Assembly: GCA_973895155.1 (NCBI GenBank)
Contig: OZ316894.1
Span: 18,390,805-18,454,804, forward strand
Origin: Marsupella aquatica
Lineage: Eukaryota; Plantae; Marchantiophyta
Reading direction: 5' to 3'
Length of the DNA stretch: 64,000 nucleotides
Within the stretch, counting starts at the first letter, position 1, and each line of letters begins with the position of its first letter. The notes below the pieces were generated by a model, which saw only the letters and a program-made list of their open reading frames with translations, was not told the origin of the DNA and did not search any database. Below are positions 1 to 12,193 of this stretch, one piece after another. Position numbers and translations under genes: made by a program.

Positions 1-533
1 AAGATGTTGAGGAGAAAAATGATGTTGAAGTGAACAAAAGATGTTGAGGTGATAAAAGATTTTGAGGAGAGAAAAGATGTTAAACCACAATTTGTAATAC
101 TCATACTCCGGGTGACCCGGAGTACTCACTCAAGAAACCCGACATTCACGAGTGCGGATAGGCGCCCATCAATAGCCCTCCAATCAACCTTCACCATAAT
201 CTCATCCGCCCATGAAACTCAGTGATCTGCAGCTCATTTTGAAGATCTCATTGAGATCTACGTCCCAGAAAAATTCGCACTAGAAAATGATGCAAATGAA
301 GGAGAAAATACTGAAAAACAAATGGGGGCTTCTGATTGGTTGGGCAGGTAAGGGTTGTGGTCATTTTCTCATTTCAACATTTTTCTCTCCTCACATTATT
401 TCTCTCCACTATATCTTTTGCTCACCTTGACATCTTTTCTCTCCTCAACCTTTAATTTCTATCACCTCAACATCTTTTTTCTCTCTTTGACATCTTTTAT
501 CACCTCAACATCTTTTGCTCACCTTAAACCACA
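1..533. repeat. Two oppositely oriented arrays of a degenerate ~19-bp unit (AAAAGATGTTGAGGWGA), foldback-like
   Basis: 1-80 repeats aagatgttga(g/a)g on +; ~361-522 repeats the reverse complement (tcacctcaacatctttt); both arrays are followed by ttaaaccacaa (80-90, 524-534). Confidence 0.7.
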
Positions 534-3500
534 ACTCCTGGTATTTAAGGGCCCTGCCGTGCAACCGGGGTCCTTTAATTCTGTACTCTGCTGCCCAAGC
601 CCACCTACCGCTGCTGCCCGAGCCCACCCTCCCGCAACGCTCCGAGCCTCACCTTCCTGACATGCGACATTTGCTCGTGATTGTATGCTAGTCCTGGGCT
701 CCCTCTCTTGTGCTTATCCTGTGAAGGACTCGAAGATGTCACAAACAGATTTAATTTTTGCACAAATGTTTAGGAATTGCATCCTGCCAGTTGTGTTGTC
801 CCTTCATCCTCAATGGCGGATGCTTCAAAGCTGTCGTCCTCCATGGCGAATGCATCAAGGTTGTCGTCCTCCCGTCTGCCTCCATGTCCAGTGCTCAATA
901 GGTAAGGAGAAATTGTAGCATAAAGCCTGCAGCTTGATGCAGGTTCTCACCATGTCTCCGTTCCACTTTCTTGATGTCTGAAGTTTGTGTAATTGAAGTG
1001 ACCAAGGTCCCATCTATCTTGTAGCTGTCCAAAGTTGTGGTGTTTTTGTGAAGGGCGATCTGCAATCTAGACTCCAAGGTGATCAGCCGCTGACAATTCT
1101 TCAAGCTATTTCTCTTGCGTGGTTGCTTTGTGTCGATGCATCGTTGCTTTTATGACGTTCTATCATTCAGGAGTGGGATGATATATAAGGAGAGTCTGTG
1201 AGCTACGCTGTGAGAAGGCAAAGTGAGGAATTTGAGATTGTCAATTTTCCCATGGTCTCTCGGGTGGGTTTGACAGGAGAGCAGAGGAAACAAGAGGAGA
1301 TTTCTCTTTTTTGGTTATATACACCATGATATGGGGATGAAGCTCTTAGAGTTATCTCCCACACAACTCGTGAAATCAAGACTTCATTACATCCAAGATG
1401 CCTCTGGTACTTGACTAGAGGAGAAGAAGCCGTTACTTGAGAGCCTAGAGGCAAGGATTGATGACGGCGCGGCGATCCTCACAACTCATATAGATTCCTA
1501 TTTCACCGCAATTCAAAGCCACTGTACAACGATGGCTTCCTTTTCTTACATCTCTCGTGAGAAAATCTGTCATACTATGATTTGTTTTTTTCTGAGATGT
1601 CTCTTGAGAAACCCATGACAGTACGATTCGTTACTTTTCTTAGGTACCTTGAGAGATATAAGGAAAGTCTCCCGATGCAGGTTCTCATCATGAGACAAGA
1701 CTTTTGTTAGATCTCTCCTGAGAAATCAGAGCAAAATTATCTCTTTGTAGCCCAAATTGGTTATCATCCAGTCCAAGCCAATGGTGCCAGCTTATGCCAA
1801 GAGCAATGCTGTGAGATTGAGGTTTTCCTTCAGATTTATCATTGTCCAATTCTACCAACATTCGCAGCCATTTGTAATGCCTTCTTGGCTATGGCCGCCG
1901 ACCTTGGAGTAGTAGTCGTGCTCATCGTGCGGACTCTTTTGAGTACTCCTGCTCAATCTATAAGTGCATAAATGCATTTATCCCTTGTTGTAACATAACT
2001 CAATAAATTACCATGGATAATACATAAAGTAATTTCATGCACTTATCCAGTTGAATCCTTCAATAGGATGACTTGGGGTAAGAATAGTGTGTGGCTTGAG
2101 AGCACATACGGGGAAGTGCACAAATGATTTATTATGCACTTATCAGCACGGCAGTGTTGAGAACATCACCCCATGCAAATGCAATCGTACAGCACTTTTC
2201 TTGTATTGCATAATAGAATATTTTGTCCATCAAAAAAAAATTTATAATACTTTTTTTGGGTATTTCATCTATGCATCACTTAGTCAGTGGAAGCCATTGA
2301 CATGATTGTGCCACTCTACACTGTACACACCAACTAGTATGTGGGTCCAACTCAATTTTTTTAACACATTGGTAATATTGTATTTGTTTGTTTTACTAAT
2401 TCTCTTTCCTGGTCTTTCCTGGTTATCAAGTTTGCCAAAACTCTATGATGTGCCCAAATACAGTGCCAAGAATTTGGAAGGAGCTTTTAGCGTGCTGCAT
2501 AATGTTGTCATCCTTTGTTTGTCTCCACCTCTCTCATGTTCTTTTCACCTCTCTATGTATTTCACATTGCAACTCCTCACTGTAGCAATCACCTTGCTTT
2601 TTAGAGTGACAAATTATTCATCACAAGGGTGAGCAACAAACTATCTTGGAGGCAAGGAGCTAGGCAATCACCTCCACTTCATTGTCTTGCAATATTTTTG
2701 TGCAATGGATAATTATGCATTGGACTTGTCTATAAAATTATGAGATGTTTTTAAAAGTATTTGAAGTTTGCATAATAAAAGTTGACATCACTAACAAACA
2801 AATTCATAAACTCAAAAACTATTTATAGCATTGGTTAAATTATAGCATTGTTTTGTGGGGAGACAAGTATACTTTTTGTTTGGAAAGTGTAATTTATTCA
2901 TCATGATTTGTCTAGTAATGACAAAAACAAAATTCTCATCAATTTTAATGGCAAATGGAAACAAAGAAAAAACCCATAAGTGTAGAATCATAATGATCAT
3001 GTTGGGAAGAGAGTAACTTTATACAGAGGCACCTTCATGAGAGAAGAAATATACTAACTTCATTTCTGTTTTTTAAATGTATGTTTTACTAATCAATAGA
3101 AAGTCATAGCCTTATGTTTGTAGAGATTTTATAATAATAAAATATTTTAATGTTTTGAGAATAATTGATTAGTCTTGAATGTGCAAGTGAGTTTTGACAT
3201 TATGCTTATGACTTTTTTGGTGTGTATTCAAGGAATATGTTTGAATAAGGCCTAGGGGAGCTACAGTGAAGTGGCATACAAGATATTTTTTTAAGATTTC
3301 TCATGGTGACTACCATCAAGGTAAATGTTTATATCAGTGCATGTTTTTTATGACTAGAATTTGTGTTTATTTGTTATTTGTGAAGTGACTTGATATTTTG
3401 TCCATTCAATTGACATGAGCAATTTTGTGTGAGTTTGTAGACAAATTTTGGCATCACTAAGAAACAACCCCAAGCTATCATCTGAGCTTGAAATAGAGGT

Positions 3501-4020
3501 TTGTTTCTCTCTTTATTCCTCGTTGAATAAATGTGATTGCTAAAGTTGTTCACTCATAAAGCTAAATCAAGCATGGAATCTATCTATACTTTAAAATCCA
3601 ATTTTCACTTATGTAATATTGATCATAATAGTGTTTATTTTCAAATAAATTATCAGATTAGCTAAAAATTTGTAGCATTATCATATATGGATGTGCAAAT
3701 ATTAGTATATTAATTATTTGCACAACACTTAGAGCTTTTATTTGAATCAACACAATAGATTTATGCAATCTTAACAAAACTATAAGTAATTGTAATTTGC
3801 AATTTATTTGTAGAAAGCAATGCTCTTGGTAGGTAGATGAGTCTTTTGTAATCTTGTTTCATATTGTTATGGTTATCTTAGGGCATTACATATTAAGACA
3901 GTGAAATTTGCCCTTTGTTGGATTCCAAAAATGAAGAAGTTAGCTCTTTGTACCTAAAATTATTCACTTAAGTTTATTATCAATCGGGTACTATAATTAT
4001 AAGGTCCATATCATATTATT

Positions 4021-4731
4021 CAAGTTAAGGCAATAAACTCTAGTACACACATATGCAGAGGTCGGTGTAATTTTGACCCTAATTGTAACTTCAAAATCAA
4101 TATAAGGTTACAAGTTAAGACATTCTGGTACACACATCCGCAAGGGTCGGTGTATTGTTTGACCCCAGTTGTAACTTCAAAATAAATATAAAGTTACAAG
4201 TTAAGGCATCCTGGTACACACATCTGCAAGGGTCAGTGTACTGTTTGACCCCAACTGTAACTTATAAAATCAATATAAGGTTACAAGTTAAAGCATTCTG
4301 ATACACACATCCGCAAGGGTCGGTGTATTGTTTGACCCCATTTGTAACTTTAAAATCAATATAAAGTTACAAGTTTAGGCATTCTGGTACACACATCTAC
4401 AAGGGTCGGTGTACTGTTTGACCCCAGTTGTAACTTATAAAATTCATGAATATAAGGTAACTACAAGAACTTAAGACATTCTGGTACACACATCTACAAG
4501 GGTTAGTGTACTGCTTGACCCTAGTTGTAACTTCAAAATCAAAATTAGGTTATCCGGGAAGGTTACAAGTCAAGGCATTTTGGTACACACATCTACAAGG
4601 GTCTGTCAACTTAGGGTTTGATCCCATTTGTAACTTCAAAATCAATAAGGTCATAAGTTAAAGCAATTGGTACACATATATTCATGGGTTTGAGTATTGT
4701 TTGTCAAGTTGTAACTTAAAAACAAGGTTAT
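4021..4731. repeat. Tandem array of ~86-bp units, about 8 copies, with internal inverted repeats
   Basis: GTACACAC-type anchor at ~4043, 4128, 4214, 4301, 4387, 4484, 4583, 4670; unit ggtacacacatcygcaagggtcrgtgtaytgtttgaccccagttgtaacttcaaaatcaatataargttacaagttaaggcattct. Confidence 0.9.
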
Positions 4732-5210
4732 AATACTCTAGAGTTTACATTCCAAAAATCTAACATTCAATACCATTTCAAAACAATATTTTCATAACTA
4801 GACCCTTCCACATGTTAACATTGTAATAATCCTTGCATTAAACTTCAATGTAAGTTTCCCATGACCAAACCCTCGCTTATTCACCCCACCTTCCTCATGA
4901 TTTTTCACCCCTATTTATATTTCTAATATTCTTTCCCATTTTACTTGTATGGCGTCAAGAGGTTGAGAGAATGCTTTATATGTTGCTTACCAAGCTTATT
5001 TATTTTATTTTATTGCAATTAAATTACCCTTTAAAATATACCTAATACCCAAGCTGGAGATTTCTCAAATATTGATTTTTTTCAAAGCCGACCTATTCCC
5101 CAAGTTCTTCTTATTCCTTAGGCACCATAAACGTCATAATCTAGTTATGTCAACATCCAAGCATGGATAGGTCTAGTTTAATAGAGTTGTTTGTGTCGAG
5201 AAGTGACATT

Positions 5211-5458
5211 ACTCTTCACACGAGGTTTCACACACAAAAGCAACATAGATCATTGGATTCAAAACATCTAATGGTGTAAAAGTTCTTTTTGAGCTAAAAG
5301 ACCACACAAGTATTCACACACAAAATGAATCTGGATGGTTGGATTCATAACATCTAATGGTAGGAAAACTCATTTTCAGTTGAGAGGCCACACGAGTCTT
5401 CACACGAGTCTTCACACACAAAATGGATGTAGATGGTTGAATTCAAACCATCTAATGG
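5211..5458. repeat. Three degenerate ~85-95-bp tandem units
   Basis: ttcacacacaaaa...ggattcaaaacatctaatgg recurs at ~5227, 5313 and 5411. Confidence 0.7.
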
Positions 5459-5982
5459 CTGGATATTTACAGGGTGACATGGAATTTTGACAGAATTTTC
5501 AGATTTACAGAAGTCTCTAACTGGACCCGTAAAAATAGTTATTTTCCACCATTTATTTTGTATATTGTTAGGTTCCCAACACTACCGTAGTGCATACCAT
5601 GAATAAGTGCATAACTGATTTCTGGTGCACTTGCCAATAGTATATACCTTGGATAAGTAGTGCAGCACTTATGCACAGTACTTTGTCCCACGGTCTGACG
5701 TGTATGGCCGGAATCCGGCGTCCAAGACGTCAGCAACTCGCAGTCTAGGCAATCTGGGCGGTACCCCCGGTTCCTCCAGGCCGACACCGTACTTTGTATT
5801 AAAGGACCCGGATCGCGTGCGAGGTCCTGAACTCATTCTGTCGACGACCACGATCCACGCTCATGTCGCCTCCTCTTACGATGACCGTCGGATCCAGAGG
5901 AACCGGGGGCCCTTTACGTCGGTCTTGATCACCGAAGCTGCCGTAAATAAGGTACGCACTTCCTAGTCCAGATGGCCGACGG

Positions 5983-6168
5983 AAAACGAAAATAGAACAC
6001 GAGATGGCCGATGACGTGGAGGGACGCAAGTGGTCGGAAAGTTTCGACGATGGACGGAAAGAGGAGGCTCTGTACAAAACGAGAATATAACACGAGATGG
6101 CCGATGACGTGGAGGGACGGAAGTGGTCGGAATGTTTCGACGATGGACGGAAAGAGGAGGATCTGTAC
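5983..6168 (+). repeat. 93-bp tandem duplication upstream of the zinc-finger gene
   Basis: 5983-6075 and 6076-6168 are nearly identical (aaaacga.aata.aacacgagatggccgatgacgtggagggacg...ctgtac). Confidence 0.9.
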
Positions 6169-7603
6169 TTCGAACGGATTATGCCGAACTTTATGAAACG
6201 AACGCCGACGACGAATTTCTCTTTCTTTAATTCTCTCATTCACATGTCTGATTCTGAGCCAAAAGAAGATTGCGTTGCTTTTCAGGATCCTGCTGAGTTG
6301 TGCTTTCTTCATTCTGTCCTCTGTACGAAAAGAAGCGGCGAAAATTTTGACGAGAGTAAGATTGCGTTGCTTTTTGGCATGTCGTCAAAGTGTAATTCGG
6401 TCCAGTGCTTTGGCTGATGATGATTGTGGTTTGCGTGAGTTTGGATTTCGGAAGGAACTCGGAACATGACGATTTCTCGTACCGCATATGAACATAAGAT
6501 TTGAGGACGGAGGAGCTGGTGAAGCTTTTTGACTTCGGCAGAGTGGTTTGAAGAACAGAGGAGGAGAAGTTAGCGAAGAAAGAAGATGTGCTGCTCGAGC
6601 GCGCGAAGAAAAGTTCGTGCTGCCAGCGTCTAAAGAGCTTTGGAGCATTGGGAGATTGGAACATTGGAAGCTTGATTGTTTGATTGACGAGGTTCGAGAG
6701 GTGTTGCACATAGCGCCGAGGGGGAGCTTTGAAAATTTTGTGCGCCACTTGGTCTTCAACTGTACTTTACTAACCTGATGAGAAGCTTCACTGTCTGAGA
6801 GGCTTCGTAGTGATATTGGTGGATGCGTGCGAGGATGGCGCTATCAATCATGACTGGTAAATGTGGTCGTTGTCCAGATCTTGCAGATTTCTTGCTTTAC
6901 AGCGGAGACAGACAGACGACGATCGCGGGTGTTGCGTGGGAGGCGCATGAATGAATGAATGAAGGAAGGTAGGAAGGAAAGAAGGAAGGCTGTAGTTCTC
7001 TCGGAGAGGAGCGCGATAATTTGTACGAAAGACGAACGGAGGATACGAAAGGAGGTGCTGAAAGACGTCGAGTATCGGTCGAAGACTGAGAGTCTGTGAT
7101 GGTCCTGGTGGTGTACCGTGCACCAGCGGCGAGCGTTGTGAAGTTTGACGGAAACGAGGAAGGGGACTTGAACGTGATTTGTGGCTTCTTGAAGCGGTGC
7201 GGCGAGCACTCGGATGAACCGCGATGTCAAGATCTTACGACTGGCGGAATGTTTGGACCTGTAGCTGGTGCTGGTATTTGTGGTATGGGGGTGGATGGTA
7301 TGAATGAATGACTTTAAATGAATCCGAAGGTCAAATCAGAGCTTGCTCGCTCGCTCGCTCGCTAGCTGGCTCTTTGGCTGGCTGGCAACGTCTTGCTTCC
7401 ATTTCAGGCGGCTGCGAAAAATCATGCCTTGTGAGTATCTGGTGTGAACAGAGAGATATGCGCTTGGTCTGCAACATCAGAAAAACGTGGAGAGTACAGG
7501 CAGGCGCAGGAAGGAAAGAGTTGCATACAATCTTTTGTCACACCCTCCCACTCCGGAAGAGAAGGGGAGATCCGGACGCGTGCATCCTCTGCAATATGCC
7601 CCC

Positions 7604-10600
7604 ATGCCTCGCAGTCTCCACTCAGCTCAGAGCGGACCTGGGAGCCCCGGTATGGAAGGTTCGCGTTCTGCAAGGCGAAGGGAGCGTGACGATGATGGGG
7701 TAGGAAGGAAAAGACAGTCGCTGACAGTTCCAATTTGCAAAGATTTTGTTCGAGGACGATGCTCGCGATCGCACGTGGATTGCCGATATGCCCATCCTCC
7801 TCCCAGTGTTTCCCTCAAAGGGTCAGATTACATTCTTTACCCCTTGTCTTCTTCGTGAAATTTAGAATGTCCTCGCGATTCGTTCGTAAGGGCATCGTGG
7901 ACGATACTCGAAATTGATCATCCTCTTCTAAATGTCCACAGGGAGTCTCTTCAGGTCTCCAATTCGCGCCATGTTAGCATGATGCTATGGCTAGATGAAG
8001 GTAATTTGTCCTTCCTCGTCGTTGTTGTGGTTATCGTAAGAGCAAGGGTGTCACCCTGTCTGTTCGCTTCTCAGTTTGTTAACATGTCCACAGATCTTGT
8101 TCCAGGGCTGAATTCAGGAGTGTGCGAGTTTGATGGCTCCTTTTCTCTTTCTTTTGTAGTTTCGACCAGCAGTCAATTCGATTGTCCTGGTTACTGCCTG
8201 AGCTATGGTGAAGTTTTCTCGATTCGAATAAATTCTATTTCTAGCTAAGTTGGAGTTGAAGGATCCAGACGAGAGCTTTGGACTTTCCTTTTCACAATAT
8301 TTCCTGTTCTCCGAGCAAGTTTACCGTCCATGGACAAGGACTCGACCTCAAGTAGTCCGTCGTTTAGAATTTGATAATATCTCCATCTCGTGAATTTTTG
8401 CGGGAGCTTGAATGAGTGTTGTCGCGTCGTTTTTGCCTGCTTTCAAATTCTGTTGATTGGCTTTAAGATTAAGAATCAGGCCTGCTGTTTTCAAATCAGA
8501 AGCTCGAATCGGTCCGGTTTTAAAGACGAGTTTGGACTGATTCACGTCGAGGTGTCCGGTCCTTTAACGTGTCTTTCTACGTCTATTCAGATTCAGATCT
8601 ATCGTCGAGTAGTTTTCTTGTGTCTGACTCCAGAAATACATCTTGAAGTGATTGGGAATGGATCCATCCGTCCTCCTATAATTCTTTTGATTTTGACGGC
8701 ACGGCTTCTTGCCGTTCCAACTAAGGATATCACACGGCCTATGTACTTGGAAAACAAGAACTTGCAGATATTCTCTTGTGTCGTATTCTGTGCTTTGGGA
8801 TCCATGTTTCTGAAGTTCGTAATGTAACGAAGACAATGCTTCACCAAAGCTGTTCCCACTCATTGGTAGATTTTCGTGTGAAGGATTAGACTAATACATC
8901 GTTAGAACATTAGTCCAAGTGAGTCACCTCCTACATTAGCAACTAATGTTTTGAATTTTTTTGGGGGGGGATTCTTGGGGTTACTCATACATACCAACTC
9001 CTGTCTACATGGGCTTGAATCCGGGACCCAGTTCTGCATGCCAAGTCTAAATACATGGCCAAAGATCTTATGTACCGGTTACTTAAACTCTGTCTGCGAT
9101 GGGATCGGTCTGTGAACTAGCTCGTTGGTCGTTTAGTTGATGCTCTCATTCGTAATTTTGACATGGCCTAATCTGGATGATCAGCTGGAATTGTTCTCTG
9201 ACATCGTATGCAAGAAGGATGAACGACCTGACAAGGCAATGTGATTGGGTTGTTGGGAATCGTCAGGGAAGTGGTGACGGTGTGTTTTGATTCCCTCCGG
9301 GACCGATGCATTCGAGGTCCAGTTTGTCGATACTTCCATCCGCCACCACACCTTCGTGGGTAAGTTCTGTACATGCCTTGTATGATGCGCTGGCCTCAAC
9401 ATGTAGACTGCTAGTCAGTCAGTTGTGTAGAAAGCCTGTGGAGGATGAGAACGGCTTGTAATTAGGCGCTATGCGTAAATTGAACCCTTATCACTGCTTT
9501 TCCATCGTTTCTGCCAGTATACTGTAAAGATGTATGGAAGTGAATTGACTAGACTGCAATCTGTACGCAACAGGTTGCTACAGGATGCCGCTGGCATTGA
9601 GTCTGCACCTCAATTAGGCTATTTACCTGACTCGGTATATTCTATACTCTTGTCTCGCTACGATTTTAGGTCTTTTGCAGTTGTGTATTAACTTGATTTG
9701 TGAAGGATTTCAAACCTCGGTTCTTCTGCAATAGCAGCGAAGAGAAAGGAGGACCGTTCCACAGCATGGACTTCAATTGTTCTATTGTTTGATTATTTTA
9801 AAACAATCCAAAGTCTCCGTATTGGCATGCCAAAGCGGTGATGGGAATGGAATAGCTTACGATTATTTGTGGTGTGCATGGTCAGCTAAGGTCTCCCCAA
9901 AATATATTTCTGGGCCCTGCAAGATTGCCTGGATCGGCCTTGCCTGTCCATGCTCCACTCTCAATGAAGGCGACCACAAGACCATCCATAGAGGTTTGAG
10001 TTACTTTGCAAGCTCTTGGGATCCATCAAAGTAAATTGCCATATGTAAATCCCTGCGCATGCCGTAAACTGGCTGATATCGATGGATCGAAGGGTCATCT
10101 GCTGCAATTGTTACCTTAGCCTTGTCACAGTCTAGTGGTTGGTTGTTATCATAGACAGGATGACAGTTTGGGTAGATGGTGAATTTTCAGACATTCCAGT
10201 TTCTTAAAGCAAAAAGGACGGGACAGGAATTATCTGGTTTTGAGGAGGGGTAGACTTAGCGAAGTCTCGAAGTCAGTTACCAATCCTATGTGTACCCTCT
10301 GTGCTGGTATTTATCTCTAGATAGATTGACATCTATTTCCTGTCGTTCTGCTCTCAAGCAAGTTGACTAATGCGTTGTCGGGGACCATTTCATTTGAAAC
10401 AGGTATGCAGGGATTACGTCAGAGGAAGATGTGCTCGGGATGCCGAGGACTGTCGATTTGCCCATCATACTCCAACTGGTGGTGATGGTGAATATGTTAT
10501 TGTATGTACCTCATTGAAGGCACCCTTCTTTCTGAAGAAATTAGTGCTATTCTTGCATCAAATATGGAACAAACAAGGATTGTCGGCTTTACCGTAGCAA

Positions 10601-12193
10601 TGATTAGGGATTTCCATTGGATTTCTCGTACAGGTGTGCCAGGATTTTCTGCGGGGGAAATGTGAGCGGGACACTTGCCGTTACTTACATCCACCGGATC
10701 ATCTAAGATCTCGAATTCGAGATGTATGAGTTCTCTTTTTCCCAAAACCCAGTTGGAATGTATACCATTGTGGTGAATCTTATGGAGATAATACTGAGTG
10801 TGATACATACGTTTTGGCCTTTGCAGCTTCCTGTAGGGCCCACTCCTTTGGTAGCTGATCGCTATGATGGAGGACCGTTCAATGCTACTTATGCTGGCTA
10901 TGCTGCCCGTGCCTATGAACATCAGGTATTTCTCTCGTTATCAGGTATCCACGTCAATTACTGAGAAGCAGCATATGGCGTCTTTAGGTAATTTCTTTCT
11001 TGACTTAATGGTTGTGTTCGCCTCGCATGTTTGCTGGTTTCTTGACCCTTGGAATATTACATGAAGGCTGCCAAACGAATGCGAATTGAGGAGCGACCAG
11101 GAGATCGAAGAAGGCGTGGCTCCCCTGTTCCTGTGAGTAGACTTCTCGTTATGTAAACTTTCAGCGCACATTAATAATTCAATCCTTTGCAATGTCAGTT
11201 CGTTTTTTAGTGACAGTGTTTTGATCGTTGTTTAAGTGAGAGCTGCCTCCGGTGATGAAAGATGAAAATGCTCTTACATAAGAGCTTTGAATTTGCTAAG
11301 AGTTGTGCCGTGGATGTGACTAACATTATTTTTTACTACAGTTCTACAGTGGACACGGGACAGCTCTGTATTCAGTGTCACCTCCTCCACTTGTTTTTCA
11401 CACTCACAATCGTACTTTTCATGGTAAGAAGACTCAAATTGTTGTCTCGCCTTGAGAGTTGCTCTTGTACAGATTATGTGGTTTTCTTCTATCTCTTTGG
11501 GAAGGATAGCCTGGAAGAGGGTTGCCATCTACTGTAGTAGTTCTACTGTGACTTAGGTCTCCTAAGCTGAAAGGTTGGGAAGATTGTTTTGTGGCCAACT
11601 CAGAACTTTCCTGTGGTGTGCGCAATGTAGTGCAATGAAATGTTGAGCTTTGACTACGGTGTGGAAAGGGGATGTGAACAAGATATCTTGTTGCAGGGTT
11701 CTATTACGAATTATGACTGCTAAAGACGTTGCTTATTGACGTAGATCAAGATAAACTACCAGTTTGCCGAGATTTTTTACATAACAAGTGTTCAAGAGAT
11801 ACAACGTGCAGATATGTTCACCCTGAGCGCCACACAGAGGTGAGATAACTGCTTTTCAATTACTTATTTACTTAACGGTTTCTGGCCATCTTTCTTTTTC
11901 ATGGAAATGGTCTTAGCGGATGCAAATTCGTTTTTGTATGGTACATGGTAGCCTGATGTCTATGTTCTTGTTTACAGGTTGTTGACAATCATGTGACCCT
12001 CTGTAGAGATTCTCTACGGGGAAAGTGTAAAAGGGAACTGTGTCGTTTCTATCATCCGTCAAGAAAGGCACCTGCGTCGCGAGAAAATGGCCATCAGTCA
12101 CCTGCAAATCTGGAGTCCTCACACTCGTCTGACGTAGGTGCCAATCTGAGCTCTGGAACAGTATCACCAGAAGGTGATGGATTAACCGCCTAA
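7604..12193 (+). CDS. Muscleblind/MBNL-like tandem CCCH zinc-finger RNA-binding protein, six fingers in three pairs, ~408 aa
   Basis: Hand-built GT-AG model with consistent phases: 7604-7821, 9267-9359, 9574-9634, 9886-9993, 10403-10501, 10634-10723, 10827-10925, 11067-11132, 11342-11423, 11745-11839, 11978-12193. Fingers: CKDFVRGRCSRSHVDCRYAH, CFDSLRDRCIRGPVCRYFHPPPHLR, CRDYVRGRCARDAEDCRFAH, CQDFLRGKCERDTCRYLH, CRDFLHNKCSRDTTCRYVH, CRDSLRGKCKRELCRFYH. Start codon uncertain. Confidence 0.85.

Larger units (their letters stand above)
1960..5680. mobile_element. Old AT-rich DNA-transposon-like element with long degenerate terminal inverted repeats
   Basis: Left 2110-2164 gggaagtgcac..ttatgcacttat..cacggcagtgttgagaac mirrors the reverse complement of 5572-5635; ATAAGTGCATA/TATGCACTTAT motifs cluster at both ends; no transposase ORF recognised; boundaries approximate. 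Confidence 0.45.

Noticed and set aside
4021-4731. CRISPR array or twister ribozyme interpretation of the 86-bp repeat
   Set aside because: There are no unique spacers or cas genes, and GGTTACAAG is not followed by the pairing and pseudoknot residues needed for twister
5799-6759. Several 120-170-aa ORFs upstream of the zinc-finger gene
   Set aside because: Overlapping in all frames, low complexity, partly produced by the 93-bp duplication, no homology recognised
6768-6832. Hammerhead-ribozyme-like CTGATGA followed by an 8-bp stem (GAAGCTTC/GAGGCTTC)
   Set aside because: The required GAAA core after stem II is GTAG, and no stem III or NUH cleavage site can be formed
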